Shown: one piece after another, positions 1 through 9,156 of the stretch | Numbering within the stretch: position 1 is the stretch's first letter | Layout: the number at the start of each line of letters is the position of its first letter | Program-made: the position numbers and the translations under genes | Assembly: GCA_016840405.1 (NCBI GenBank) | Contig: JAEOSK010000002.1 | Coordinates: 68,042-132,041, forward strand | Source of the DNA: Candidatus Hermodarchaeum yapensis | Lineage (GTDB): Archaea > Asgardarchaeota > Hermodarchaeia > Hermodarchaeales > Hermodarchaeaceae | Length of the DNA: 64,000 bases | Direction of reading: 5' to 3' | Notes under the pieces: generated by a model | The model's input: only the letters and a program-made list of their open reading frames with translations | Told to the model about the DNA's origin: nothing | Database searches by the model: none

Positions 1-118
1 AGCTTTTCCTTCAAGGTGTTAGTATGAGTGGTTCTTAATGAAATAAAACTAGAGGCTGGACTGTTGAATGGCCCATACGTGAAAAGTAATTTAAATTTCT
101 AACAAGAAATGCTATTTC

Positions 119-325
119 ATGTCAAACAATATTCCTATGGAGAAAGCTATTGAATTATGCAAAGAGTACCGGGAGAAGCATAAGGTTCGTATGTTCAGCC
201 AATGTTGGGGCTGCCTGAAATATTCAAAAGAAGAACCCACTAAAATGTGCTTTTACGATGAAAACAATCCTATAGAAAATCGTGGATGTAAATTTGTCAA
301 CAAACTGTTTGACAAATCAGAGTGA
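119..325 (+). CDS. small Cys-rich hypothetical protein (68 aa)
   Basis: ATG ORF. CWGC plus two more Cys hint at a small metal-binding fold. No family recognised. Confidence 0.3.
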   Translation: MSNNIPMEKAIELCKEYREKHKVRMFSQCWGCLKYSKEEPTKMCFYDENNPIENRGCKFVNKLFDKSE

Positions 326-380
326 AGTGCACCCAGGTTTTATGGATTGGCAGACTTCAGAATCATAATATTGAAGTCAA

Positions 381-647
381 TTACACTTCAGTTGGTTTTT
401 CTTTTTCCCGTGGACCAAAACTGAAATCCATTGTTGCAAAGAAGCCAACGATAATTACACTTACGATAGCCAGTGAAACAAGGAAAATTGCCCAATTCTT
501 GTATGGTCCTAAGATATACACGTCTGCCACGAACCACAGATATAGGATAAGAAAGATAAACCAAATGATACAAACAGCAAAAGTACCGAATATTCGTTTT
601 TTCAACCCTGCAAAAATGCCTCCCATCTGTGGTCTTTCGCTAGCCAT
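381..647 (-). CDS. small hypothetical membrane protein (88 aa)
   Basis: Two long hydrophobic segments (FAVCIIWFIFLILYLWFV, AIFLVSLAIVSVIIVGFF). Preferred over the overlapping + strand ORF 322-651, which has no coherent features. Confidence 0.4.
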   Translation of the reverse strand: MASERPQMGGIFAGLKKRIFGTFAVCIIWFIFLILYLWFVADVYILGPYKNWAIFLVSLAIVSVIIVGFFATMDFSFGPREKEKPTEV

Positions 648-860
648 TTAAAATCAATCCCAATAGTTTAAGCTCGCTTGATGTTTTCTTTAAAACTAAC
701 GTGAAAAGATATGGATTCAGGTAGTAACCTCTTGTGTTTCGGTATCCTTTTGATGTACTCAGGCTACCAAATCTAGGGTAGTTCTAGCGAAAATTATCTA
801 TGAGGTTGGAGAAAATCTCACTTGATACTTCTCCTGAACTGGATAAGTAATAAAACACTA

Positions 861-1877
861 CTATTTTCGGGCGATGTCGAGGTCCATTGGTCCCAGAAGC
901 GTATCCATATTTCGTGAGTGGACGGATTTGAATCCAGCTCTCTTCATAGAATCTGCAACGTATCCTCTTTCAATTCCGGCTTCATGTCCCATTAAAGCCA
1001 TTGATAATAGTCCTAAGATGACCGGTTCAGGTTTTGTTCGCTCGTGGGTGTGGGCAAAAGGATAAAGAGAAACGAAGACACCGCCTGGATTAAGGCTCTC
1101 ATAGACTTTTTTCACAATATAGTCAATGTCAAATGCAAATTGGAGTACACCTGACGCCCAGACCAGATCGTATCCTTCACCTATTGAATCCTGGTTGAAG
1201 TCTCCAACAAGGATCTCCATCCGGTCCTCCATTCCATATTCCCTAATGTACGCCTTGGCTTTCCGAGCGACTGGTGGCAGATCAAAGTTTATTGCCTTCA
1301 TATTAGGGTGTTCAGCAACTATTGCCATCCCAATAAGCCCGGGACCGCCACCCAGATCCAACATCTTCTGGAATGACGGGAACTCCGGTAGTTCCAACAC
1401 GATCTTCACTGCTTCCTGAGTGTAGCCCGCTCGTTCCGCGTCAGCCATCATGACGACTCCTTGAGCCACCGCCTCTTCAGAGAATGGCGGCGTTTCCGGT
1501 TGCGGTAGAGGACCTTCTTTAACCAGTTTGGTGAGATTTTCAAATACCTGCGCGTCGGGCTGCAAAAAGGGTAGAATCCGACCCAAATATGTTGGACCGC
1601 CTTCAATTAGAAAGGTTTGAGCTATAGACGAGTTTTTGTAAAGTCCCTTCGTTTTTTCTAAAAGGTCAATTGCTGCCAATCCGTCGAGGAACAGTCTCGT
1701 GTTCGTCGGATCAGTGTTCAGAGTCTTAGCCACAGCATCAGCTGATTTTGGTTTGGAAAGCTCGTTGAACACCTTGAGTTCAATGCTCGTCAACAACAAC
1801 TTCAACTTGATTGGTGCAATGAGAATCTCGTAGAGGTCTCCATAACCAAGCTTAACTTCAGGTAGTATTTTCTCCAT
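861..1877 (-). CDS. SAM-dependent O-methyltransferase (family-2-like, N-terminal dimerisation/wHTH domain)
   Basis: SAM-binding motif LDLGGGPGLIGMAI followed by an acidic loop (NFDLP). N-terminal helical domain typical of O-MTs. ATG at 1877 follows AAGGGA; the ORF extends to a TTG at 1898. Confidence 0.7.
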   Translation of the reverse strand: MEKILPEVKLGYGDLYEILIAPIKLKLLLTSIELKVFNELSKPKSADAVAKTLNTDPTNTRLFLDGLAAIDLLEKTKGLYKNSSIAQTFLIEGGPTYLGRILPFLQPDAQVFENLTKLVKEGPLPQPETPPFSEEAVAQGVVMMADAERAGYTQEAVKIVLELPEFPSFQKMLDLGGGPGLIGMAIVAEHPNMKAINFDLPPVARKAKAYIREYGMEDRMEILVGDFNQDSIGEGYDLVWASGVLQFAFDIDYIVKKVYESLNPGGVFVSLYPFAHTHERTKPEPVILGLLSMALMGHEAGIERGYVADSMKRAGFKSVHSRNMDTLLGPMDLDIARK

Positions 1878-1982
1878 ACTACATCCCTTCCCTTGCAAAG
1901 GTGTTCAGTGATATGTAATAATAATAATCTTCTCTTTTTTTTACTCAATCAATTTGTATTCCGACGATTGAAGTATCATATG

Positions 1983-2828
1983 TCAGGGGAGAAAGGGATT
2001 TCTTAGAGGAAACATGACAAAATAGGGATACAAGCCGACCCACGAGAGGATAAGAATGGTGATGAGGGCGCATAGGGGAATCAAAAAATAATCCGTGTGC
2101 CGTGGGCTCAATGCCTCGACAATCGTAGTTACGCTCGAAACAACAAAGATTGGGGTTATAAGCGTGAAGATGCTGAAAGACTCAAAGATATGCCCGAGGA
2201 TGAGCCAGTAAATCCCTAGTAGAATGAAGGTAAATAGTAGACTGAATAAAAACATGATGAGGCTGCCTTCAAGGCTCTTTTCAGTAACCACATTGAATTT
2301 GTGTCTACCATACCTGCGACCGATCAGGTTGGCAAAGCCATTGCCACCAGCCAATGGTCCCATGATGAGGAAAGCAGTTGGGATGAACATATCGAACTGT
2401 GGAGTACCCATGATGTCGAGAGGAACATACCAGAGATACAAGGCTGCGAAAATCATGAAGAGGATGTAGAGCAGGGGTCCTTTGAGGAGTCCCACTGAAT
2501 CCCCTTCACGGGATAGGGTACGAACGAATCCTTCATTTTGTGCATAACCTAACGTAGTGGTAATGAAAAGGAGTAGAAAGAGGGTGGGTACAGCTGCTGC
2601 CATGTATCGGCTTAAGTACGTGCTTGCAAAGAATAGACAGCAGATTAGGAAGGTGGGGCCTGCAAAGATGTAGAAGACTTTTTGGGATACATGAAGAGGG
2701 ATGGATCCTCGTTGATGGAGCATATCAATGATGCGGATTAGGACGAGGAGGAGAACAAAGGTTACGAGTGCGATGATAAAATCCCAAGTCCAATCCGGGA
2801 TGCTATATACAGCGAGGGGATTAACCAT
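1983..2828 (-). CDS. polytopic membrane protein, polyprenol (dolichol/phytol) kinase / CTP-transferase-1 family
   Basis: About 7 TM helices. GGNGFANLIGRRYGRHKF...KSLEGS resembles the GDGxADxxGRRxGxxK...KSxxGS motif of this family (from memory). Start ATG 2828 or TTG 2840. Confidence 0.5.
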   Translation of the reverse strand: MVNPLAVYSIPDWTWDFIIALVTFVLLLVLIRIIDMLHQRGSIPLHVSQKVFYIFAGPTFLICCLFFASTYLSRYMAAAVPTLFLLLFITTTLGYAQNEGFVRTLSREGDSVGLLKGPLLYILFMIFAALYLWYVPLDIMGTPQFDMFIPTAFLIMGPLAGGNGFANLIGRRYGRHKFNVVTEKSLEGSLIMFLFSLLFTFILLGIYWLILGHIFESFSIFTLITPIFVVSSVTTIVEALSPRHTDYFLIPLCALITILILSWVGLYPYFVMFPLRNPFLP

Positions 2829-2952
2829 ATGCACAACCAAACATGACGCTAAACAACTTAGTAATGAAGCTTACGATTAATGCAAATCAGATATTATCGA
2901 GTTTGCATCTCGACAGACACTGTTTTAGCTTCTAGGTGAACGAAGGAAATAC

Positions 2953-3456
2953 ATGAGCGAATCTATCATAATTCGGAGATATCAAGATAATGACCTGGTA
3001 GCCTGTCGGGATCTTTGGAGGGAATTGACAGAATGGCATCGTGAAATCTATGAAGACTCAACAATCGGCGGCGATCAACCTGAATTATATTTTGATAAAC
3101 ACTTAGCCACGGTTGGAACAAACTGCCTATGGGTTGCTGAACACCAATCCCAGGTCATTGGCCTTGTGGGGCTCGAAACACGAGATGAAGAGCTATTCAT
3201 CGAACCGTTAGTAGTCGCATCGGATCATCGGGGAAAAGGCGTTGGTTCCCAATTACTAGAGAAGGCAAAACTCGAAGCCAAACAACAGGGTGCAAAAAGC
3301 CTTAGCGTGAGACCCGTGACGCGAAACCAACGGGTTATCCAATTCTTGTTCAAGCAGGGTTTTCAGACTCTCGGGCATATCCAGCTATTCATCGACTTTA
3401 CACAATCTGAATGGAAAACAGGACCCAAATTGTATGGTTGTAATTTTAAGTTTTGA
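2953..3456 (+). CDS. GNAT-family N-acetyltransferase
   Basis: Acetyl-CoA binding motif VVASDHRGKGVGSQLLEKA. Size 167 aa. Confidence 0.75.
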   Translation: MSESIIIRRYQDNDLVACRDLWRELTEWHREIYEDSTIGGDQPELYFDKHLATVGTNCLWVAEHQSQVIGLVGLETRDEELFIEPLVVASDHRGKGVGSQLLEKAKLEAKQQGAKSLSVRPVTRNQRVIQFLFKQGFQTLGHIQLFIDFTQSEWKTGPKLYGCNFKF

Positions 3457-3486
3457 CATCATCATAGTGGGTAGGAGTAATAGATC

Positions 3487-3804
3487 ATGATTAGTCGAAT
3501 TTGGCATGGGTGGACAACGCTTGAGAAAGCCGACTCCTATGAGGTGCTTCTTAAGAATGAAATTTTCATAGGTATTCAAGAGCGTCAGATACATGGCTAC
3601 CGGGGAATTCAACTCTTACGTCGAACTCACAAAACTGAGGTGGAATTCATTACCATCATGTGGTTCGATTCCCTTGATTCAGTGCGAACTTTTGCCGGTG
3701 AAGACTATGAAACTGCTGTAGTTCCTCCCAAAGCTAGAGAACTGCTTTCCCGATTTGATGCCCGTTCACAGCACTATGAAGTTAGAGCAGAATCAATGCT
3801 CTAA
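3487..3804 (+). CDS. ABM (antibiotic biosynthesis monooxygenase-like) dimeric alpha/beta-barrel protein
   Basis: ISRIWHGWT...ADSY...LLRR...VEFITIMWFDSLDSVRTFAG...HYEV pattern typical of small ABM-domain proteins. Confidence 0.55.
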   Translation: MISRIWHGWTTLEKADSYEVLLKNEIFIGIQERQIHGYRGIQLLRRTHKTEVEFITIMWFDSLDSVRTFAGEDYETAVVPPKARELLSRFDARSQHYEVRAESML

Positions 3805-4044
3805 CATCTGAAAACCTTCTATGCACTCTCAGCTTGGCTGATACTTTGTGCCTGAATTGTTTTTTCAACGTGAATTGTTGATTATTGGCATCATAGTCTT
3901 TTAGGAGAAGGCCGGACCCGTCGCTCGTCAACTGAGTGTAGATATACAGCGGCCTCAAGCTTTGAGAATGTTGAATAATTGTTCAATGAAATTCAGAAGA
4001 TGGATGCACCTCGTTCTAATCATGAGCAATAATCTGAGTGGTTA

Positions 4045-4473
4045 ATGGCAATTCTTTTGGCTTACCGGTTCCTTGTTATCTCTCGTGATATTATGTCGGG
4101 TGACCCAAAAGACCATGTGGTAGATAACCTCATGGGCTGTGCGGCGTCCTTGTGTGCCTATAATATGGTCACGGATTTGAATAGGAAACTAGCGTTATTA
4201 CAGCAAATCAATAAGGAATATGGTGCTCTGACCAACAAGCTCGAATCTGATAACATTACGATGACTGATTTGGATATTGCTGCTCCCGTTGCGAAGGAAA
4301 AAGTCTCTACTGAAATCCAGCGACGGGAGGCTTTTGGTTTGGATACAGAAGCTGCTGAACGGTTGCAAAAAATGTGTCCGTCGAAAGTGGATCAAATCAT
4401 CAATTTCTTAAAAGAAAAACGCATGCTAGAAATCATCACATCTTTCTCCTTCAAGGAACCACCTAAAGAATAA
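4045..4473 (+). CDS. hypothetical protein (142 aa)
   Basis: ORF only. Helical, charged. No motif recognised. Confidence 0.3.
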   Translation: MAILLAYRFLVISRDIMSGDPKDHVVDNLMGCAASLCAYNMVTDLNRKLALLQQINKEYGALTNKLESDNITMTDLDIAAPVAKEKVSTEIQRREAFGLDTEAAERLQKMCPSKVDQIINFLKEKRMLEIITSFSFKEPPKE

Positions 4474-4627
4474 CAAGACGCCTACTAGCCATTGGTTGTA
4501 TCCATTTGATTCTCACAGCAATTGCTAGTCATGAATTTAAGTAAAGTTAAGTCACATAGAACCAGCAGACAATCAACGGAGAAATGACACCGTAAAACGT
4601 TGACTTCCACGAGCTTGTGGTGGTGTT

Positions 4628-5707
4628 ATGATAAAGACCCAAATATGTGATATGCTTGAAATTGACTATCCAATTGTTCAAGCCGCAATGGGGCCCTTTG
4701 ATACGAAAGATCTTGCTATAGCTGTGGCTTCTGCGGGAGGATTTGGGATGGTGAGTCATCCTGCTCCTCGGCTTGAAGACGGGCTTTTTGAAGCTATTCA
4801 AAATGAAGATGCTAAACAGAAGGCGATTGAGAATGTAAAAGAGCATATGATGGCAGCAATCTGTGAAGTAGGAGAAAAAGCTCAAGGATCTTTTGGAGTT
4901 AATTTTCGTGTGGCTCCGGAGCAGCCTGATGTTCCTTTTTTGTTGGATGCACTTCTTGAGGAGCGGGATAGAAATTCCAATCTGCAAAAGAAGCTCAAGA
5001 TGGTGCTCTGCTCTGCTGGTGATCCGACTCAGCTACATTTGAAAAAAATTCAGGAAGCGGGGATGCTTCGGTTTCATACCGTTCCAAGCGTTTACCATGC
5101 AAAGAAGGCAGAGAAATCGGGTGTCGATGGTTTGATTGTCACGGGGTATGAGGCAGGAGGTCACGTTGCATATGAGCCAATTCATACCTTTGTGGCGGTA
5201 CCAGAGGTGGTTAAAGAAGTCAACGTGCCCGTGATTGGAGGTGGGGGTGTGTGTGATGGGAAGGGACTTGTTGCCATGCTAGCCTTTGGCGCGTTAGGCA
5301 TCTATGTGGGAACGCGGTTTATCGTTACCAAAGAATGTGAATTCAACGATAAAGTAAAAGAGGAAATTATTGCGGCTTCCATTAAATTTCCGAAAAAAGC
5401 GGCAACGATTGTCACTCAAGGTGTATATGGCCCCCTTCGGCACCTGAAGAACAAATATTCACTTGAATTGTTTGAGCTTACTCAGAAGATGCAACGAGGT
5501 GAAATCTCAATGATGGATGTGTTGCTCTTCGAGACGGAAGGCACATACCGGGCCAAGGGTCCTGAAGGAAATATCGAAGATGGTGCTATCTGGGCTGGAC
5601 AGGCATCTCTCCGAATTCATGAAATGCTCACCTGTAAGGAGTTGATTTCTGAAATCATGAATGAAGCCAAGCAAATCATGAACAACTTCGCCAAAACATA
5701 CGTGTAG
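4628..5707 (+). CDS. nitronate monooxygenase / enoyl-reductase-like FMN TIM-barrel protein (NMO family)
   Basis: N-terminus LEIDYPIVQAAMGP, GYEAGGH and GGGGV glycine motifs typical of the NMO/FabK family. GGTGGTG precedes the ATG. Confidence 0.75.
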   Translation: MIKTQICDMLEIDYPIVQAAMGPFDTKDLAIAVASAGGFGMVSHPAPRLEDGLFEAIQNEDAKQKAIENVKEHMMAAICEVGEKAQGSFGVNFRVAPEQPDVPFLLDALLEERDRNSNLQKKLKMVLCSAGDPTQLHLKKIQEAGMLRFHTVPSVYHAKKAEKSGVDGLIVTGYEAGGHVAYEPIHTFVAVPEVVKEVNVPVIGGGGVCDGKGLVAMLAFGALGIYVGTRFIVTKECEFNDKVKEEIIAASIKFPKKAATIVTQGVYGPLRHLKNKYSLELFELTQKMQRGEISMMDVLLFETEGTYRAKGPEGNIEDGAIWAGQASLRIHEMLTCKELISEIMNEAKQIMNNFAKTYV

Positions 5708-5721
5708 GATGTGAGAGTACA

Positions 5722-6198
5722 ATGACAAGAAAACGCATTGAAATTACAACTGGTTTTGTGCAAGCGGATTATAATTTCTGGGTTGGCAAATATATGGACA
5801 AATTCTATGATGGGCTCGAATCCAAGCAGGTACTGGGAAATAGATGTCCGACGTGTAACAGAGTGTTCGTGCCTCCCAGGAAGGTCTGTGGAAACTGTTT
5901 CAAAACCATAGATTTGAGTAATAACTGGGTCAAACTGAAAGATACTGGAACGTTACGCAATTTCACAACAACAAGGATTGCAGTATCTGAAGCAGGCAAG
6001 AAAAAAACTTCTGAAGCGATTCCAATTGGAATGGTCCAATTCGATGGAAGTGATACATCAGTTGTCTATCCTCTTCTTGATGTTCAAGAAAAAGACCTGA
6101 CGATTGGTTTGAAGGTTCAGGTTGTCTGGAATGATGAGTTGAAAGGGCATCCCAGGGACATTAAGGGTTTTAGAATGCTCAAGGGGGGAGAAAGGTGA
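5722..6198 (+). CDS. DUF35 OB-fold/zinc-ribbon acyl-CoA-associated protein
   Basis: Rubredoxin-like CPTCNRVFVPPRKVCGNC followed by an OB-fold-length C-terminus. Its stop overlaps the next gene's GTG start (6195-6198). Confidence 0.75.
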   Translation: MTRKRIEITTGFVQADYNFWVGKYMDKFYDGLESKQVLGNRCPTCNRVFVPPRKVCGNCFKTIDLSNNWVKLKDTGTLRNFTTTRIAVSEAGKKKTSEAIPIGMVQFDGSDTSVVYPLLDVQEKDLTIGLKVQVVWNDELKGHPRDIKGFRMLKGGER

Positions 6199-7343
6199 AC
6201 AAGGTAGGTATTGTGGGTTACTATCAGGTTCCGCCTGCGCTGGATCATAACATGGGTCGTTATGAACTGATTTTCCAAGCCGTTAGGGGTGCGCTCGATA
6301 ATGTGGGTTTGAAACACAAAGATGTTACCTCCGTGGTGAGTGCTACTAATGACTACTATGACGGACGAACCATCTCGAATTGCTTCACAGTGGAAGCCGG
6401 TGGAGGGTACATGAAAGATGAAACCAAGGTCGAAATGGACGGAGCTTTTGCAGTTCATTATGGAATGCTCCGAGCGTTAACAGGACATCACAAGTTAGTC
6501 CTCGTTTGGGGTGGAAGCATGTCCTCCTGCTATCCCTATAGTTCGTCCACACTGCTTTCGACAGATCCCACCTTTGAACGTCCTCTCGAATTGATTAACG
6601 ATATGACTGCTGGGGCGTTTCAGATGCGAGCTTACATGAACCACTTCAACGTGTCTGCTGAAGACATTGCTCAAGTTGCAGTAAAGAATCGGAGGAATGC
6701 CACTTCAAATGAGCTAGCTTTACCTGAATCCCAGTTACCAGCAGCAACGACCGAAATGATTCTGAAAGCCGATGTACTCAGTTCACCAGTCACAGAACTA
6801 ATGTATTCTCATCCCTGTGACGGTGCGGCGTGCATCATCTTAGCTCCAGAACAGCAGGCCTTGAAGATTCGTGATGATCCCGTGTGGATTACCGGAGTGG
6901 GCTATTCGCAAGAAGCCTATTATCTAGGTGATCGAGACCTCACACAAAGCCAATCAATGAAAAATGCTGCGCAAATGGCGTATAAAATGGCGGGAGTGAA
7001 AGACCCGAAAAAGGAGACTGATGTCGCCGAAGTATTTGAGCACTTTGCCCACGAAGAGATGATTTTCTCTGAAGCATTGGGATTCTGTAAACCTGGAGAA
7101 GGGGCATCATTGTCAACTGAAATTGGCGGAGAATTACCCATTAATCCCTCAGGTGGTGCGATGAGCGGAAATACTCCTTGTGCCACGGGTATGATTCGGC
7201 TGATTGAAGCAGCGAAGCAAATTCATGGTGACGCTTCGGAGCATCAGGTGAAAGATGTCCACCGTGTTGTGGCCTCGGGTCAAATTGGCTTATGTGCCCA
7301 GAATAATATTCTCTTTGTGTTGGAAAGAGGTGGACGGAAATGA
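6195..7343 (+). CDS. thiolase-fold (SCP-x type) protein lacking the nucleophilic Cys
   Basis: Thiolase-like layout (NPSGGAMSG...ATG C-terminal motif). The aligned nucleophile position reads VEMDGAFAV (Gly at 6441-6443). GTG start after GGGGGAG. Confidence 0.75.
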   Translation: MNKVGIVGYYQVPPALDHNMGRYELIFQAVRGALDNVGLKHKDVTSVVSATNDYYDGRTISNCFTVEAGGGYMKDETKVEMDGAFAVHYGMLRALTGHHKLVLVWGGSMSSCYPYSSSTLLSTDPTFERPLELINDMTAGAFQMRAYMNHFNVSAEDIAQVAVKNRRNATSNELALPESQLPAATTEMILKADVLSSPVTELMYSHPCDGAACIILAPEQQALKIRDDPVWITGVGYSQEAYYLGDRDLTQSQSMKNAAQMAYKMAGVKDPKKETDVAEVFEHFAHEEMIFSEALGFCKPGEGASLSTEIGGELPINPSGGAMSGNTPCATGMIRLIEAAKQIHGDASEHQVKDVHRVVASGQIGLCAQNNILFVLERGGRK

Positions 7344-8581
7344 GTAAGCAACAAGCGGCGATAGTGAGTGCGGGTTTCTGTGAACATGCTTCCAAACGTT
7401 CCGATGTGAATATGGCTGAAATGGCCAACGAAGCGATCCAGGATTGTCTGAATAATGCGAATATTGAGATGGATGCGGTTGATGCCATCGTGATGGGAAA
7501 TATGCCTGCCTTTGAGGGAGCGAATCTACCAGAGTTATGGATGACAGATTGGGTGGGTGCCCGTGACAAGCCACTTATCCGAGTAACCACTGGGGGCACC
7601 ACGGGAGGGTCGGTTGCGATTGCTGGATACTATCATGTTGCTGCAGGACTTCCGGGGATAGAAACCGTGTTGGCTGTTGCCTTTGAGCAACAATCCTGTG
7701 GGAATACCAGTGTTGGTTTGTCATCTGTAGCATTAGGTGAAATTTCCATTGTGAACGCTTTGGGTTTACCCGCTGAGAGTGCCATGCGTATCTTTGGTGC
7801 TGGGGCAGCAATTGGTATTGCCTCCTATCAAGCCATCAACTATATGAAACGAAGTGGTTGCACCGAAGAAGACCTTGCCCGCGTTGTGGTGCAAAATCGC
7901 CGAAACGCTGCCAAGAACTGGTGGACCCACCTTAAGATGCCAGACTATACTATCGAACAGGTCATGGCTACACCCTACGTATCTTATCCCCTCAGATTTG
8001 GCATGGTGACTCCAGCATCTGATGGTGCTTGTGCAGTGCTCTTTACCAGAGAAGAAATCGCCAAAGACACGGTTGATATTCCTGCCTATGTCAATGGAGT
8101 ATCCAGTGTAGCGAATGAAACCGGCATCGTAGGTTATGCCGCTGCAGGAGCAGGACAGCTAGATCCCTGCGAACAACTGGGTGCCGTGGAATCAGCGAAA
8201 CTCGCATATTCGCAAGCGGGAATCTCATTTCCAGAAAAGGAAATTGATTACGCAGAAGTCTATTCACCGTTTCCCAATCAAGAACTAATGTGGCTAGAAA
8301 GATTGGGACTATTCAAGGAAAACACTGCCCACCTGCGATATCGCGATGGAACAACTGCTCCAAACGGCGAGTTACCCGTAAACTGTTCTGGGGGCGTCAA
8401 TTCAACCAACGCAATCGGCGCTTCCGGATTAGAGCGAGTTGCTGAAGCCGCATTACAAATCATGGGGAAAGCAGAAAATCAGGTTCCCAAAACGGTTCAT
8501 ACATCGATTGGCCATGGTTGGGGTGGCTGCATTAACTTCGTAACACTGACAGTACTCAGTGATCAACCACGACGAAAATGA
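7340..8581 (+). CDS. thiolase-fold (SCP-x type) protein lacking the nucleophilic Cys, paralogous partner subunit
   Basis: VNCSGGVNS...GASG C-terminal motif. Nucleophile position reads RVTTGGTTGG (Gly at 7595-7597). ATGA-type 4-nt overlap with the upstream gene. Confidence 0.75.
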   Translation: MSKQQAAIVSAGFCEHASKRSDVNMAEMANEAIQDCLNNANIEMDAVDAIVMGNMPAFEGANLPELWMTDWVGARDKPLIRVTTGGTTGGSVAIAGYYHVAAGLPGIETVLAVAFEQQSCGNTSVGLSSVALGEISIVNALGLPAESAMRIFGAGAAIGIASYQAINYMKRSGCTEEDLARVVVQNRRNAAKNWWTHLKMPDYTIEQVMATPYVSYPLRFGMVTPASDGACAVLFTREEIAKDTVDIPAYVNGVSSVANETGIVGYAAAGAGQLDPCEQLGAVESAKLAYSQAGISFPEKEIDYAEVYSPFPNQELMWLERLGLFKENTAHLRYRDGTTAPNGELPVNCSGGVNSTNAIGASGLERVAEAALQIMGKAENQVPKTVHTSIGHGWGGCINFVTLTVLSDQPRRK

Positions 8582-8594
8582 AGGACGGAATAAA

Positions 8595-9107
8595 ATGGTG
8601 AAACTGGAATATCTCAAAAAAGAGTATGAAAAAACACGACAAATGCCCGGGAAATGGCCTCTCTCATCGTACCGCTACAAATTCAACATCACCCATTTCC
8701 AACCCTTTCTTAAGGCATTGAAGGAGAAACGGTTAATCGGATTGAAATGTCGAAGCTGCAACACTGTAAGTTTTCCACCCAAACTCGTGTGTGGGAAGTG
8801 TCTTGTCCAACCCGATCAATGGGTGGCACTACGTGACACAGGCATGGTTGCCACCTTCACAGCGAACTACATGAAAGATGAAACCACAGGAGAACTGCAG
8901 TCATTCCCAGTTATTGCAATCCAGCAAGATGGGGCCGACACAACATTCCTAACCCAACTGAATCCGGCTGTCAAATTCGAGGATGTGTATGTAGGTATGC
9001 CGGTGAAGGTCAAATGGAAAAACCAACCAGAAGGCAATCTCGGTGACATCGAATACTATGATGTTATAGACGATGCTACCAAGAAAATGAAATTACAAAA
9101 CGAGTAA
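8595..9107 (+). CDS. DUF35 OB-fold/zinc-ribbon acyl-CoA-associated protein (second copy)
   Basis: CRSCNTVSFPPKLVCGKC zinc ribbon plus OB-fold region. ATG at 8595 follows GAAGGA; the ORF opens at 8559, overlapping the upstream gene. Confidence 0.75.
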   Translation: MVKLEYLKKEYEKTRQMPGKWPLSSYRYKFNITHFQPFLKALKEKRLIGLKCRSCNTVSFPPKLVCGKCLVQPDQWVALRDTGMVATFTANYMKDETTGELQSFPVIAIQQDGADTTFLTQLNPAVKFEDVYVGMPVKVKWKNQPEGNLGDIEYYDVIDDATKKMKLQNE

Positions 9108-9156
9108 CTATTATTGACAATCATCCAACTCATGATCGCATTTGGAGGAAAGAACC

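Noticed and set aside
4547-4987. 146-aa minus-strand ORF.
   Set aside because: It overlaps the well-supported NMO-family gene on the opposite strand and has no motifs.
7141-7602. 153-aa and 94-aa minus-strand ORFs across the thiolase-gene junction.
   Set aside because: They are antisense to two motif-supported, translationally coupled genes, so they are shadow ORFs.
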